64,000 nt of DNA from contig JAGVXL010000001.1 in the NCBI GenBank assembly GCA_018303805.1, forward strand, positions 305,528-369,527. The letters run 5' to 3'. This document shows, in pieces, positions 51,557-60,624 of the stretch (positions within the stretch are counted from its first letter, which is position 1; each line of letters opens with the position of its first letter). The translations under genes and the position numbers were made by a program. The notes beneath the pieces are model-generated. The model worked only from the letters and a program-made list of their open reading frames with translations, was not told the origin of the DNA and did not search any database. This DNA is from Candidatus Pacearchaeota archaeon. Lineage in GTDB: Archaea; Nanobdellota; Nanobdellia; Pacearchaeales; DTIR01.

Positions 51557-52801
51557 TTAAGCCCATGGACAAATAGCACCAGTCGTAACACACTGGTTAT
51601 TCACACATTTATTACATTCTATACAAGCCCCAGAGTAACCTTGACAAGTATTCCCCCCACAAAGTGTGGGCACATCTTCTTGATTATAATTATTATTTAC
51701 GCATTTTCCATAGGGTTCTCTATCTCCCCAAGTCATTTTTTCTCCATCCCAACTACCACTCTGACAACAGGGAACACAATCAGAATCCTTAGTGCAATAC
51801 AAAGCCCCTATAACCCCCTCGCAGTCACCTGGGCAACTGTCCTTATTCTCTCCTTCATCCAATTCACATTTTTCATTGCCACAATAAGGAACTATCCATA
51901 TGTGTTCACAAAGATAAGTGGATGTATCGCAGTAATCAATAGTCCAATTAGTTCTGTCATCGCACGACCTCGGGCATTCTGTCTTTGGAATGCAATTATG
52001 CATTACGCAAGTCTCATTAGTCTCGCAATCCCCCCCCTTACAACAAGAATAATTTATACAAGAATTATTAACTAAATATTGGCAATAACTGCAAGTTATG
52101 TTTGTAATATTGCTGCTTTCTTGTGTTTTTTCTTCTGTTCCTATTTCACTTAGATTTGTCTTAGGCTCTTCGGACATATTTAATTCATTGATTTCACTTA
52201 GATTTTTAGGGGAGCTTTCATTTAGCTGAAAGATAGCATTGAATAAAGACCTGAAAAAATCAATAATGCCACTAAACCATGATTTGGGCTCTTCTATTTC
52301 TACTATTGTTGTTTCATTCTTAATTAAAGAGATGCTCTCATTTAGAAAGGTAGTTAGCTGTCTTACTAAGCCTATACTTCTTACTCTTGAATCGTTCGCT
52401 AGCCTCTGAAACCCCTCTTTCGTAATATCCGCAACAAAAGATGGTGATAAAGCAGATAATTGGCTTTCCGTAATATTCATCGCTTTCTCTGTAATGTGAG
52501 AGAAGAGGTTCTTTGTAGTTGTTATATTCGCATAATATATTGCCAACTCTTCCTCATTTTGTAGTGTAACTTGCATATCTCCATTGTATTTAACGAAGAC
52601 TTCAACCCGAGTGCTATTTTCAAATGCGGTTAGAATCTCTGGGTCTATGTGTTGCAAGGAAACATTAGTTTGATTGGGGGGTTCATTCACAGATTCATTT
52701 ATTTGAGCATTAGCTACAGATGAAAAAGTTAAGAAAGATACAATTACTACTAATAAAATTAATACAAAACAAATCTTCCAGCTATTTTTATCAAATCCCA
52801 T
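51557..52801 (-). CDS. secreted Cys-rich protein
   Basis: N-terminal signal/TM and an I9-like segment (SFVADITKEGFQRLANDSRVRSI). The C-terminal ~190 aa are dense in Cys, including CGNEKCELDEGENKDSCPGDC. Confidence 0.7.
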   Translation of the reverse strand: MGFDKNSWKICFVLILLVVIVSFLTFSSVANAQINESVNEPPNQTNVSLQHIDPEILTAFENSTRVEVFVKYNGDMQVTLQNEEELAIYYANITTTKNLFSHITEKAMNITESQLSALSPSFVADITKEGFQRLANDSRVRSIGLVRQLTTFLNESISLIKNETTIVEIEEPKSWFSGIIDFFRSLFNAIFQLNESSPKNLSEINELNMSEEPKTNLSEIGTEEKTQESSNITNITCSYCQYLVNNSCINYSCCKGGDCETNETCVMHNCIPKTECPRSCDDRTNWTIDYCDTSTYLCEHIWIVPYCGNEKCELDEGENKDSCPGDCEGVIGALYCTKDSDCVPCCQSGSWDGEKMTWGDREPYGKCVNNNYNQEDVPTLCGGNTCQGYSGACIECNKCVNNQCVTTGAICPWA

Positions 52802-52956
52802 TTTCCCATTCTCAAATCTTAGTTGAATTGATGAAAGCTAACAGACTATACGCAAGAATGGTCTTACCTCTTTTACTCATCTCTCCCTCTTTTCTCTTGT
52901 TTGATTGAGGATATTAATATTTAAAAGGTTTTGTGTGTTTAAATTTGGAAATAAAA

Positions 52957-54165
52957 ATGGCAAAAATAAGATACACCATTTCAGAAAAGGCAGATGAGAA
53001 AGTCCAGCGGGACATGGACATTATAAAGGGGATAATAGCCAAGAAGATAAAACCGGAAAGCATAATCCTGTTCGGCGGCTTTGGCCGGGGCGAAGGAAGC
53101 TTTGAAATCAGAAATGGAAAAATTATGCCTTTAAACGATTATGATATGTATGTAATAACAAAAAGCAAAATTTCAGACAAAACTCTTGATGAAGTCGGCA
53201 AAGAATGTTCCAAAGCCATAGGGCGCGGTGGAAATGAATTTTATGAGACTCCTCTTGAAATTTATGACAAAAACAGGTTTTTTCATGTTGATTTAAGGTG
53301 CATAACAATTTCAGAACTTGCAAGATTAAAGAAAATAAACAGGACATATGAACTGAAACATTCAAGTAATGTAATTTACGGCAAAGACTTAAGAAACAAA
53401 ATTAAGGATTTTGAAATGCCTATTTCAGAGGCATTCCGCTATTTAATGAATCCCGCTTGCCAGCTTCTTGTGTGCATGGATTCAAGAAGGCTAAAGGGCA
53501 GGTTCAGGAAGGATGAAAAATTCTACGCAATGCACCATATTAACAAAGTATACCTTTCATGCGCCTCTGCACTGCTGATTTCTGCAAAAAAATTCCAACC
53601 GACTTACAGGGGAACAAACAAAATATTCAGAAAGATTTACAGCAAGAAATTCCCTAAATTAGCAGGAAAACTTGATGAAGCAATAAAATTCAAATTAAAT
53701 CCTGAGCGCAAGCTCAAAGGAAACATAACAAAAGAATGGCTTGAAGCAAGAGATATTTTAACTGAAACATTGCAGTATCTGGCTGAAAAGCACCTGGGCA
53801 TAAAAGCAGAGAACATAGAAGAGTTGACGAAAAAAATACATAAAAAGCTTCCATTTGTTTATTTCACACCATATATGCCATTTGGATTTTTTTCAAAATT
53901 CCTGTTTCCTGCGCAATATTTTCTGAACATGCTCTATTTTAACAGGGCGCGGCATTTTCCTGTGTTATTAAGCTGGCGTGATGCTGGAATAAGGATTTTC
54001 ATTGCGGCATTGCTGTTATTGCATGCCCTGAAAAATAAAGCCCTGCTTGAAAAATCCAATGGCTATATAAGGGATTTTGCCCCTGTAAAATCAGCAAGCT
54101 GGGAAAATCTCAGAGCATCATTGCTTTATGCTTATGACAAGTATTTTTCACAAAAATTGATATGA
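52957..54165 (+). CDS. Pol-beta-superfamily nucleotidyltransferase-domain protein with a long helical C-terminal region
   Basis: ILFGGFGRGEGS...NDYDMYVI fits the G[GS]-x(9-13)-DxD pattern. The ATG at 52957 is preferred over the GTG at 52933. Confidence 0.65.
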   Translation: MAKIRYTISEKADEKVQRDMDIIKGIIAKKIKPESIILFGGFGRGEGSFEIRNGKIMPLNDYDMYVITKSKISDKTLDEVGKECSKAIGRGGNEFYETPLEIYDKNRFFHVDLRCITISELARLKKINRTYELKHSSNVIYGKDLRNKIKDFEMPISEAFRYLMNPACQLLVCMDSRRLKGRFRKDEKFYAMHHINKVYLSCASALLISAKKFQPTYRGTNKIFRKIYSKKFPKLAGKLDEAIKFKLNPERKLKGNITKEWLEARDILTETLQYLAEKHLGIKAENIEELTKKIHKKLPFVYFTPYMPFGFFSKFLFPAQYFLNMLYFNRARHFPVLLSWRDAGIRIFIAALLLLHALKNKALLEKSNGYIRDFAPVKSASWENLRASLLYAYDKYFSQKLI

Positions 54166-54240
54166 AGAAAAAGATTTAAAATATATAAGCACTTTTTAAA
54201 GAAGAGGTGATTTCTGCTCACGGAATTCGTGAGTTTTATA

Positions 54241-55020
54241 ATGGACAGCAATAATTTAGAAAATTTGTTGAAGGATTACCAAATAACTGCTATGCAGAAA
54301 GCATGGGCTCAGAAAGTGTTGGGCAATCCTGAGCGATATATTGAAGCATCAAATAACTTTTATGAGCACAATACCGCAATTATAGGAGAGATTGAAGCGC
54401 TTATTGAGGCGGGCATTCTTAGTATAAGCAATCAAGATGCATTTGAATCTTACAAAAATCTTGGCTTAGATGATAAATGCAATCATATTTTAAAAGAAAG
54501 CACTTGGAATTTGCCACATTTATACGAACAAATTAGTTTTATAATAAATCCTCATAAATTAACGCTACTAGACTTGGAAAAAATAAAACATAGAAAAAAA
54601 TTGACTCGCGCAAGTGGAAAAGAAGATTTGGAGAATTGGGAGGGGAGTTGGGAGAATGGACACCTGCATTTTAAATTAGATTTGCCCTTTGAGGAGTTTC
54701 TTGAAAGGCTTGATTTAAGCTACTTCTTGTATAATGCAAACATGGACGCAACTGAAAGACATAATCGGGGCAATATCAAAGAAAAAATTAAATCAAAGAA
54801 AGAAGATTTTGTGATTTGTTATTATCCAGAAGGAAAACTCAGATATTACTATGACAACTCGCACAATTTTATTTGGACTGTATTTGAAGAAGATTCTACA
54901 AAAAAGCATCTGGAGATAAGGCCATCATGGCAAGAAGAGACTTTCACAGTGATAGAAGGGGACTGGATAAGGGGGTTAGCTTCTTTAATAGAGAATTATA
55001 TAAAATTGGATAAAAAATAA
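54241..55020 (+). CDS. hypothetical cytoplasmic protein
   Basis: A clean ORF with no family recognised. The ATG at 54241 is preferred over the GTG at 54229. Confidence 0.55.
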   Translation: MDSNNLENLLKDYQITAMQKAWAQKVLGNPERYIEASNNFYEHNTAIIGEIEALIEAGILSISNQDAFESYKNLGLDDKCNHILKESTWNLPHLYEQISFIINPHKLTLLDLEKIKHRKKLTRASGKEDLENWEGSWENGHLHFKLDLPFEEFLERLDLSYFLYNANMDATERHNRGNIKEKIKSKKEDFVICYYPEGKLRYYYDNSHNFIWTVFEEDSTKKHLEIRPSWQEETFTVIEGDWIRGLASLIENYIKLDKK

Positions 55021-55054
55021 AGATTTTAAAAGATGTTTTCTTTTAAGATATAAA

Positions 55055-56152
55055 ATGTTATGCATATTCATAGACGCCTTGAACCCAAAATACCTGAAAT
55101 ACATGCCTTTTCTGAGCGAAATGGCAAAAAAAAATCTGCATGGCGGCCTTGAAGTGCCTCTTGGCTATACCAGCATAATTGCATCATTTATGACAGGCAT
55201 GCATCCTGAAAAGCATGGTATTTTTGACCTCTTCAAACTGGCAGAAAAGCCAAAATTGCAGATACAAAATAAATATCTCCTATCAATGAAAAATCTTTTG
55301 CAGAACAAAAGATTTTTCTATAGCCCATTGCAGATTCCACAGGCAAAGGCAAGGTTCTTTGAAGCAAGCATGAGCAAGGCATGGACCCAGAAAAATTGCC
55401 TGCCATGCCCTACCTTGTTTGACATTCTGGAAAAAAACAGGAAGAGCTTTGCATTAATAGACTGGCCAAATTATTTCAGGAACAGGAAAGCGGCAATTTT
55501 CTTTTCAGAATCTTCTGATAAAGTGATTAGCTTAATCAAAAAATCAAAAGATTTTGATTTTATATTTGCCCATTTCCTGGATTTGGAGGCGGCGCATTCC
55601 TGCGGGACAAATTCAAGGCAGATAATTGCTATAGCAAAAAATCTGGACAAAAAGGTCTCGCAAATTGCGAATCTTCATGAGAATGTGCTCTTTTTCTCTG
55701 ACCACAGCATGGACAATATAAAAAAAGAGTTTGACATTATATCAAAGATTAACGAGCTCAACCTTAAATTTGGAAAGGACTTAATTTATCTTGTCGGCTC
55801 AACAACAGTTGAATTTTGGTTCAGGAACAACACCGCAAAAATCAAAGTGATTAAGCTGCTGAAAACCATTAAAGGGGGGAAAATTGTAAACGTTAAAAAA
55901 TTCAAACTGCCAAAAACCTCTGGCTTGCTTTTCCTAGCTAATTTAGGAACAGCATTTCATCCGAATTTTTTCTCAAAAAAAAGGTTCAGGGCTATGCATG
56001 GATGGAATCCAAAACAGCAGAAAACAGCTTATATCTTAAAAAACAGCAAGAAAGGCGGAAAAAGAGATGCAAGAATAATAGATATGATGCCGACAATCTT
56101 AAAACTGATTGGACTGCCAAAAGTTGAATGTGATGGGCACTCCTTGATATGA
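55055..56152 (+). CDS. alkaline-phosphatase-superfamily protein (type I phosphodiesterase / nucleotide pyrophosphatase-like)
   Basis: IFIDALNPKYL...SIIASFMTGMHPEKHGIF and FFSDHSM segments match the metal- and nucleophile-region pattern of this superfamily. Confidence 0.6.
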   Translation: MLCIFIDALNPKYLKYMPFLSEMAKKNLHGGLEVPLGYTSIIASFMTGMHPEKHGIFDLFKLAEKPKLQIQNKYLLSMKNLLQNKRFFYSPLQIPQAKARFFEASMSKAWTQKNCLPCPTLFDILEKNRKSFALIDWPNYFRNRKAAIFFSESSDKVISLIKKSKDFDFIFAHFLDLEAAHSCGTNSRQIIAIAKNLDKKVSQIANLHENVLFFSDHSMDNIKKEFDIISKINELNLKFGKDLIYLVGSTTVEFWFRNNTAKIKVIKLLKTIKGGKIVNVKKFKLPKTSGLLFLANLGTAFHPNFFSKKRFRAMHGWNPKQQKTAYILKNSKKGGKRDARIIDMMPTILKLIGLPKVECDGHSLI

Positions 56153-56778
56153 AGATGAAAAACAAGCATAAGCAGATTGGCAGAGGAATTTATCCTGATT
56201 TTAATAATGTAATAATAACTGAAACTAAGGGGGTTTCGCCAGTAGGCAATGACACGAAAGTTATTGCATTGAATGCAGCAAGATTAAAGCCAAAACTGGC
56301 AATAGACATGGGCAGCGGAACAGGATTTATCCCAATATTCCTGAAAAAGAGGGGAATTAATTGTGATGGAGCAGACATAAATCCTGCTGCAATAGAAAAT
56401 GCCAGAAAAAATGCAAAAAGAAACAAATTAAAGATTAATTTTTACCAGTCAGACTTATTCAGCAATGTCCGGAAGAAATATGATTTGATAATGTTCAATC
56501 CGCCTTATGGCAGCACAAAATCAGCAGCATCAAACAAATTGCTTGAAATAATAAAATCCTTTATCCCTAAGGGAACAATCATAACAAAACTGGCTTATCC
56601 TTTCATAAGCAGAGGAAGGAAAAAATTGATTGAAAGATTTTTTCAGGAAGCCAGAGGGCATTTAACAAAAAAAGGCGGAATAATCATCCTGTTGGATAAT
56701 CTGGAAATAGGGCTTTTAAAAAACAAAAGATACAGGATTCTTGATAGTTATGGAAAAGGAAAACTGGTTCTGGTCTAA
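56149..56778 (+). CDS. NPPY-motif class I methyltransferase (HemK/Mtq2-like)
   Basis: SAM motif AIDMGSGTGFI and catalytic FNPPYG. ATGA-coupled to the upstream gene. Confidence 0.7.
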   Translation: MKMKNKHKQIGRGIYPDFNNVIITETKGVSPVGNDTKVIALNAARLKPKLAIDMGSGTGFIPIFLKKRGINCDGADINPAAIENARKNAKRNKLKINFYQSDLFSNVRKKYDLIMFNPPYGSTKSAASNKLLEIIKSFIPKGTIITKLAYPFISRGRKKLIERFFQEARGHLTKKGGIIILLDNLEIGLLKNKRYRILDSYGKGKLVLV

Positions 56779-56824
56779 AAACGCCCAACGCGAAAACTTA
56801 TAATGTCTCATTCAATATAAGACT

Positions 56825-57370
56825 ATGGCAGAAAAAAAGCAGGAAAGGATATCTATTTTTATTGATGGAAGTAATCTCTATTATAGCTTGAAAGATTTGG
56901 GAGTTGCTAAAATTGATTTTCAGAAACTTGTTGATTTGCTGAAAAAAGGAAGATTGCTTGTCTCTGTTTTCTACTATAATGCTCCATTAGATATAAGTGT
57001 CGATGCAAAGAAATACTGGGAACAGCAAAAGTTCTTTGATGCTTTAAGAAGAATCCCTGGTTTTAATGTTATTCTTGCAAGAATGAGAAAGCACAAAAGA
57101 GAAAATGGAACTTTTGTTTTTGAAGTTAAAGGTGATGATATTTATTTTGCAACCGACTTAGTAAGTGGAGCTTATGAAGACCTTTACGACACTGCTTTAA
57201 TTGTATCAGGAGATGAAGATTTTGTTCCTGCGATAAGAAAAGTCCAAAAATTAGGCAAGAAAGTAGAAAATATTTATTTCTGGTCTACTTCTTCAAATTA
57301 CTTAAAGAAAACTTGCAATACCTCTTTTTGTATAGATAAGAAGATAGCTAAATCAATAGAATTGAAATAA
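56825..57370 (+). CDS. NYN-domain (LabA-like, PIN-related) protein
   Basis: RISIFIDGSNLYYS and ALIVSGDEDFVPAIRKVQKLGKKV motifs. Confidence 0.75.
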   Translation: MAEKKQERISIFIDGSNLYYSLKDLGVAKIDFQKLVDLLKKGRLLVSVFYYNAPLDISVDAKKYWEQQKFFDALRRIPGFNVILARMRKHKRENGTFVFEVKGDDIYFATDLVSGAYEDLYDTALIVSGDEDFVPAIRKVQKLGKKVENIYFWSTSSNYLKKTCNTSFCIDKKIAKSIELK

Positions 57371-57514
57371 AGATAAAAGCCCGGCATTGCCCGAAAGCCA
57401 TACCGGGGAACATATTAATATCGCTATCATCTTAAACTTTAAAAAACCTTCGGTTTGACATCACTACTTCTAAAACCCCAAGATACTCAAGCCCATCCCC
57501 GTGGATATGCCTGC

Positions 57515-57531
57515 GAAAATCTTCGATTTTC
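57515..57531. other. hairpin GAAAATC-ttc-GATTTTC in a convergent intergenic region
   Basis: A perfect 7-bp stem. Same sequence family as the hairpins at 10424-10444 and 25464-25484. Confidence 0.5.
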
Positions 57532-57682
57532 TTGTAGACATTGCATTTTTCTCTTCACTTGACCTTGCTGAACAGACATTAAACGGTTTGAAGATTGCAT
57601 CTCCTCAATCCCAATTTTTCAGTTAATTATAATCTCAAGATTGCTGAAAAACTGCATTGGATGTCATATTATGTTGAGAAAC

Positions 57683-59287
57683 TTAAGCTGTCTGGTTAAA
57701 TCCCTTAAAATTATTCCAGTTAAGTAGATATATTATCAACATAGGCTGTTTCTGCTCTGCATCTGCAAACCATGCCTTTACAGGCACTGCCAAGTTAGGA
57801 TATTTCTGCGGCCATGAATAGCTCCAACTTGGGGTGAGATATGGCGGCTCAAACACAGACACAACTAAAAATTTAGGTCTTTTCTCTTCCAAGGCTATCA
57901 TAAAGCTTTCTTCTGATTTATTAATGTCCCAGCCCAAACCATAGGTATCTCTTTCAGAATAATAAATATTCTGGACAACAGACATTGTAAAAATAACATC
58001 ATTTGGCTGGGAATTCTCTTTCATCCATAAACCAGCTTCCTTTACAGGCATGTAAGAATCAACTTTCGCCTTGGTTAATTCATAGCCGTAAACAAGCTGC
58101 TGCTGCGCACCCCACGCAAGGACAAGCAAAATGGCTAACGCGGCAATAATCTTGCTGTATTTGCCAATCCACTTATAAAATTGCAAGATGCCGGCAGCCA
58201 TTATCCCAAAAAAGAAAAAACCATAGGAAAGCGCATGCCTCTGTTCTGCATATTGGGTTGTGATACCCAACATAACCATGGGGAGCAATATCCATATAAC
58301 AATCATAAGCTTTAATCTTAAATTTTGGTATTCTTTTTTCAGCAGCAGGTCCGGGGCAATCAGCAGTTCAGATAGGAATATAACCAAGCTAACCAAGAAG
58401 ATAACCAAAAAAGGAGTTTTCAAGAGATTTGGCACATCCTGAAAATAAACAGGCAGTCCTTTCAAGCCCATTGATCCATGCTCCTGCTGGGCAAATCTGC
58501 CATATTTCAATCCAATAAATCTGCCGATAGGGTCATCTGGATAAACATAAGAAAGCCAAATGAAAAAGGGGAGAATAACAATAAAAGCGAGCAATGCAGC
58601 AATCCACAAGTTCTTGTTCAGGACAAAACGCCATTTGTCTTCAAGCAGGATATAAGCAAAAAACGGCACAATCATTATTCCAACAGTAACTCTCGCAAGA
58701 AACATCAACGCAAAAAAAATGCCGAAAAGCCATATGTATTTTGAGCCCTCTTTTTGGATATAGCCCTTATAAAAAAAGTGTGTTGCCAAAAGCAGAAACA
58801 GTGTTGATAGCATAAGGGTTTCAAACCTTGAGGCAAAAAACAAAGGCACCCACCATACTGACATTAAAAATGCAGCAATCAATCCTGCCTGTTTGCTGAA
58901 AAAATCCTTTATAACAAGATAAGTGGAATAAACTATCGCAAATGAGCAGAGAGTCATTATAAATTTCAAGGCAGTCTCGCCAAATCCAATCCTGTAAAGC
59001 ATGCCAAATATGAAGCTCATGAGAATCGGCTTTCTCGGACTCCACTGCCAGCCCCAGTCAAAACCAAAGGCAATTTTTTTTGCCTGAACAACATACTCTG
59101 CCTCATCCCACCACACCGCCTGGTTTTTTGTTATAAAAAAGAAAACAAGCCTGACAGCAAAAGCCAGCAGAAGTATTGAAAATAGCGTCAAATTTGACGG
59201 ATCTTTGAACCAAGCCCCTATTTTTTCCTTGATTGTGTGCATTCTTCCTGCAAGCTTGCCTGCCTCTTTTTTATCCTCTTCTGCCAT
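57683..59287 (-). CDS. GT-C fold glycosyltransferase (GT39/ArnT/PMT_2-like)
   Basis: A 534-aa polytopic protein. The first loop contains WWDEAEY (an acidic motif). It has a soluble C-terminal domain. Confidence 0.75.
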   Translation of the reverse strand: MAEEDKKEAGKLAGRMHTIKEKIGAWFKDPSNLTLFSILLLAFAVRLVFFFITKNQAVWWDEAEYVVQAKKIAFGFDWGWQWSPRKPILMSFIFGMLYRIGFGETALKFIMTLCSFAIVYSTYLVIKDFFSKQAGLIAAFLMSVWWVPLFFASRFETLMLSTLFLLLATHFFYKGYIQKEGSKYIWLFGIFFALMFLARVTVGIMIVPFFAYILLEDKWRFVLNKNLWIAALLAFIVILPFFIWLSYVYPDDPIGRFIGLKYGRFAQQEHGSMGLKGLPVYFQDVPNLLKTPFLVIFLVSLVIFLSELLIAPDLLLKKEYQNLRLKLMIVIWILLPMVMLGITTQYAEQRHALSYGFFFFGIMAAGILQFYKWIGKYSKIIAALAILLVLAWGAQQQLVYGYELTKAKVDSYMPVKEAGLWMKENSQPNDVIFTMSVVQNIYYSERDTYGLGWDINKSEESFMIALEEKRPKFLVVSVFEPPYLTPSWSYSWPQKYPNLAVPVKAWFADAEQKQPMLIIYLLNWNNFKGFNQTA

Positions 59288-59337
59288 TGGAAATTTCTTA
59301 TTTAATATTATTTTAAAATCTATTTCTTCTAATATTT

Positions 59338-59877
59338 TTATTTTTCATCTATTATTAGTTTTTCCATCTCTCTTGCAAATTCCTTTGCTCTTTGCAACGA
59401 GGTTTTTGCTTTGGATTTCTTCTCAAATTCAATAGTTTTATATTGAATTAATCCTCTCTTGCTTCTCTCAAAATCAAAGGACTCTATTATTTTATCGGCC
59501 TTTATTCCAGCTAGATTTAATGCTTCCTCTTTTGTTTCTTCATATTCTTCAATAAGGGATGTTCTTAGTTTTTTTCTTGCATAAACAATTAAGGCGTCTG
59601 AAGCCACTTTATGAACTATTTTATCCCCTACTTTATAGCCCAACTTTAATAGAATCGCGTTTGCATAATAGAACATAGCATAATATGAACAGACGATTGT
59701 CCATAACTCTGAGGTATCTTTCCGATGAACCTCCTCTGCAACTCGCAAACTTTCTTTTGCATTCCTCAAAAGAATATTTATAACATTTTTGTCTGGAGCG
59801 GTTTTTTTCAATAAGCATTCTGCTAAGTATGACTTTACGTTAGATTCTGCTTCTTTTATTCTTTTTTCATTCAGCAT
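59338..59877 (-). CDS. HEPN-like protein (putative partner of the upstream nucleotidyltransferase)
   Basis: An all-helical 179-aa protein. It has R-x5-H (RVAEEVH) and ERSKRGLIQY segments. It overlaps the MNT gene by 11 nt. Confidence 0.45.
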   Translation of the reverse strand: MLNEKRIKEAESNVKSYLAECLLKKTAPDKNVINILLRNAKESLRVAEEVHRKDTSELWTIVCSYYAMFYYANAILLKLGYKVGDKIVHKVASDALIVYARKKLRTSLIEEYEETKEEALNLAGIKADKIIESFDFERSKRGLIQYKTIEFEKKSKAKTSLQRAKEFAREMEKLIIDEK

Positions 59878-60439
59878 TTGACAACAACCTGTAATATTCT
59901 TCTATTCCAACTAAGATTATGTTATTTTTAATGGCTTCGCTTACTACTGTAAACTCCTTGCTTTTTACCATGTGAATAAAATCTCTGTAAGTTACAGATG
60001 TTAAATGAATTTTTTCAGGCCATAAGGATATTATAGAGTTAATTTCTTTTTCATCCCCCCCTATTGTTAACAAGTCCATATCTGAGTGTTTGTTTGCTTT
60101 TCTTTTGGCATGAGAGCCGAATAACAATGCTATAAATGAAAATGGCAATTCAAACAGCCTTTTATAAAGCAACAGGAAATCCTTGTTTTTAAAGAGTTTT
60201 TTCCTTCTTTCATATTCGGCTTCAAAAATCAGAGGATGAATTTTCTTGTTTAGAATAACTTTTTTATTTTTGCCAAATGATCTTAGTGTTATCAATCCTT
60301 CTTTTTCAAGATTTTTAACTGTCAAATAAGTATTTTTATAGTCAATTCCAGAATATCTGGCTATTTTAGCTATGTTAAGCTCCTCTTCCTGTTTCTCTAT
60401 CAAAACCTTAATAATCTCAACATAATTCCTTTTTACCAT
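59867..60439 (-). CDS. wHTH plus minimal nucleotidyltransferase (MNT) protein
   Basis: N-terminal wHTH-like IAKIARYSGIDYKNTYLTVKNLEKEGLI. NTase motif LFGSHAKRKANKHSDMDLL. Confidence 0.7.
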   Translation of the reverse strand: MVKRNYVEIIKVLIEKQEEELNIAKIARYSGIDYKNTYLTVKNLEKEGLITLRSFGKNKKVILNKKIHPLIFEAEYERRKKLFKNKDFLLLYKRLFELPFSFIALLFGSHAKRKANKHSDMDLLTIGGDEKEINSIISLWPEKIHLTSVTYRDFIHMVKSKEFTVVSEAIKNNIILVGIEEYYRLLSNAE

Positions 60440-60624
60440 AACATTATGGTTAATTTACCATATATTTAAAGCTTTTGGTTGATTTTAGAAGTAATCGGAA
60501 ATAAAACTCAGGAAACTGATTAACTTGTTTCCTTCACTGTTGTCTAGGATTTCTTCCGCTAAATTTTTAATTTTTCTAATGTTAAATCTTTTCTTCATTC
60601 TGCCTTTGATTGCTTTTTAATTTC

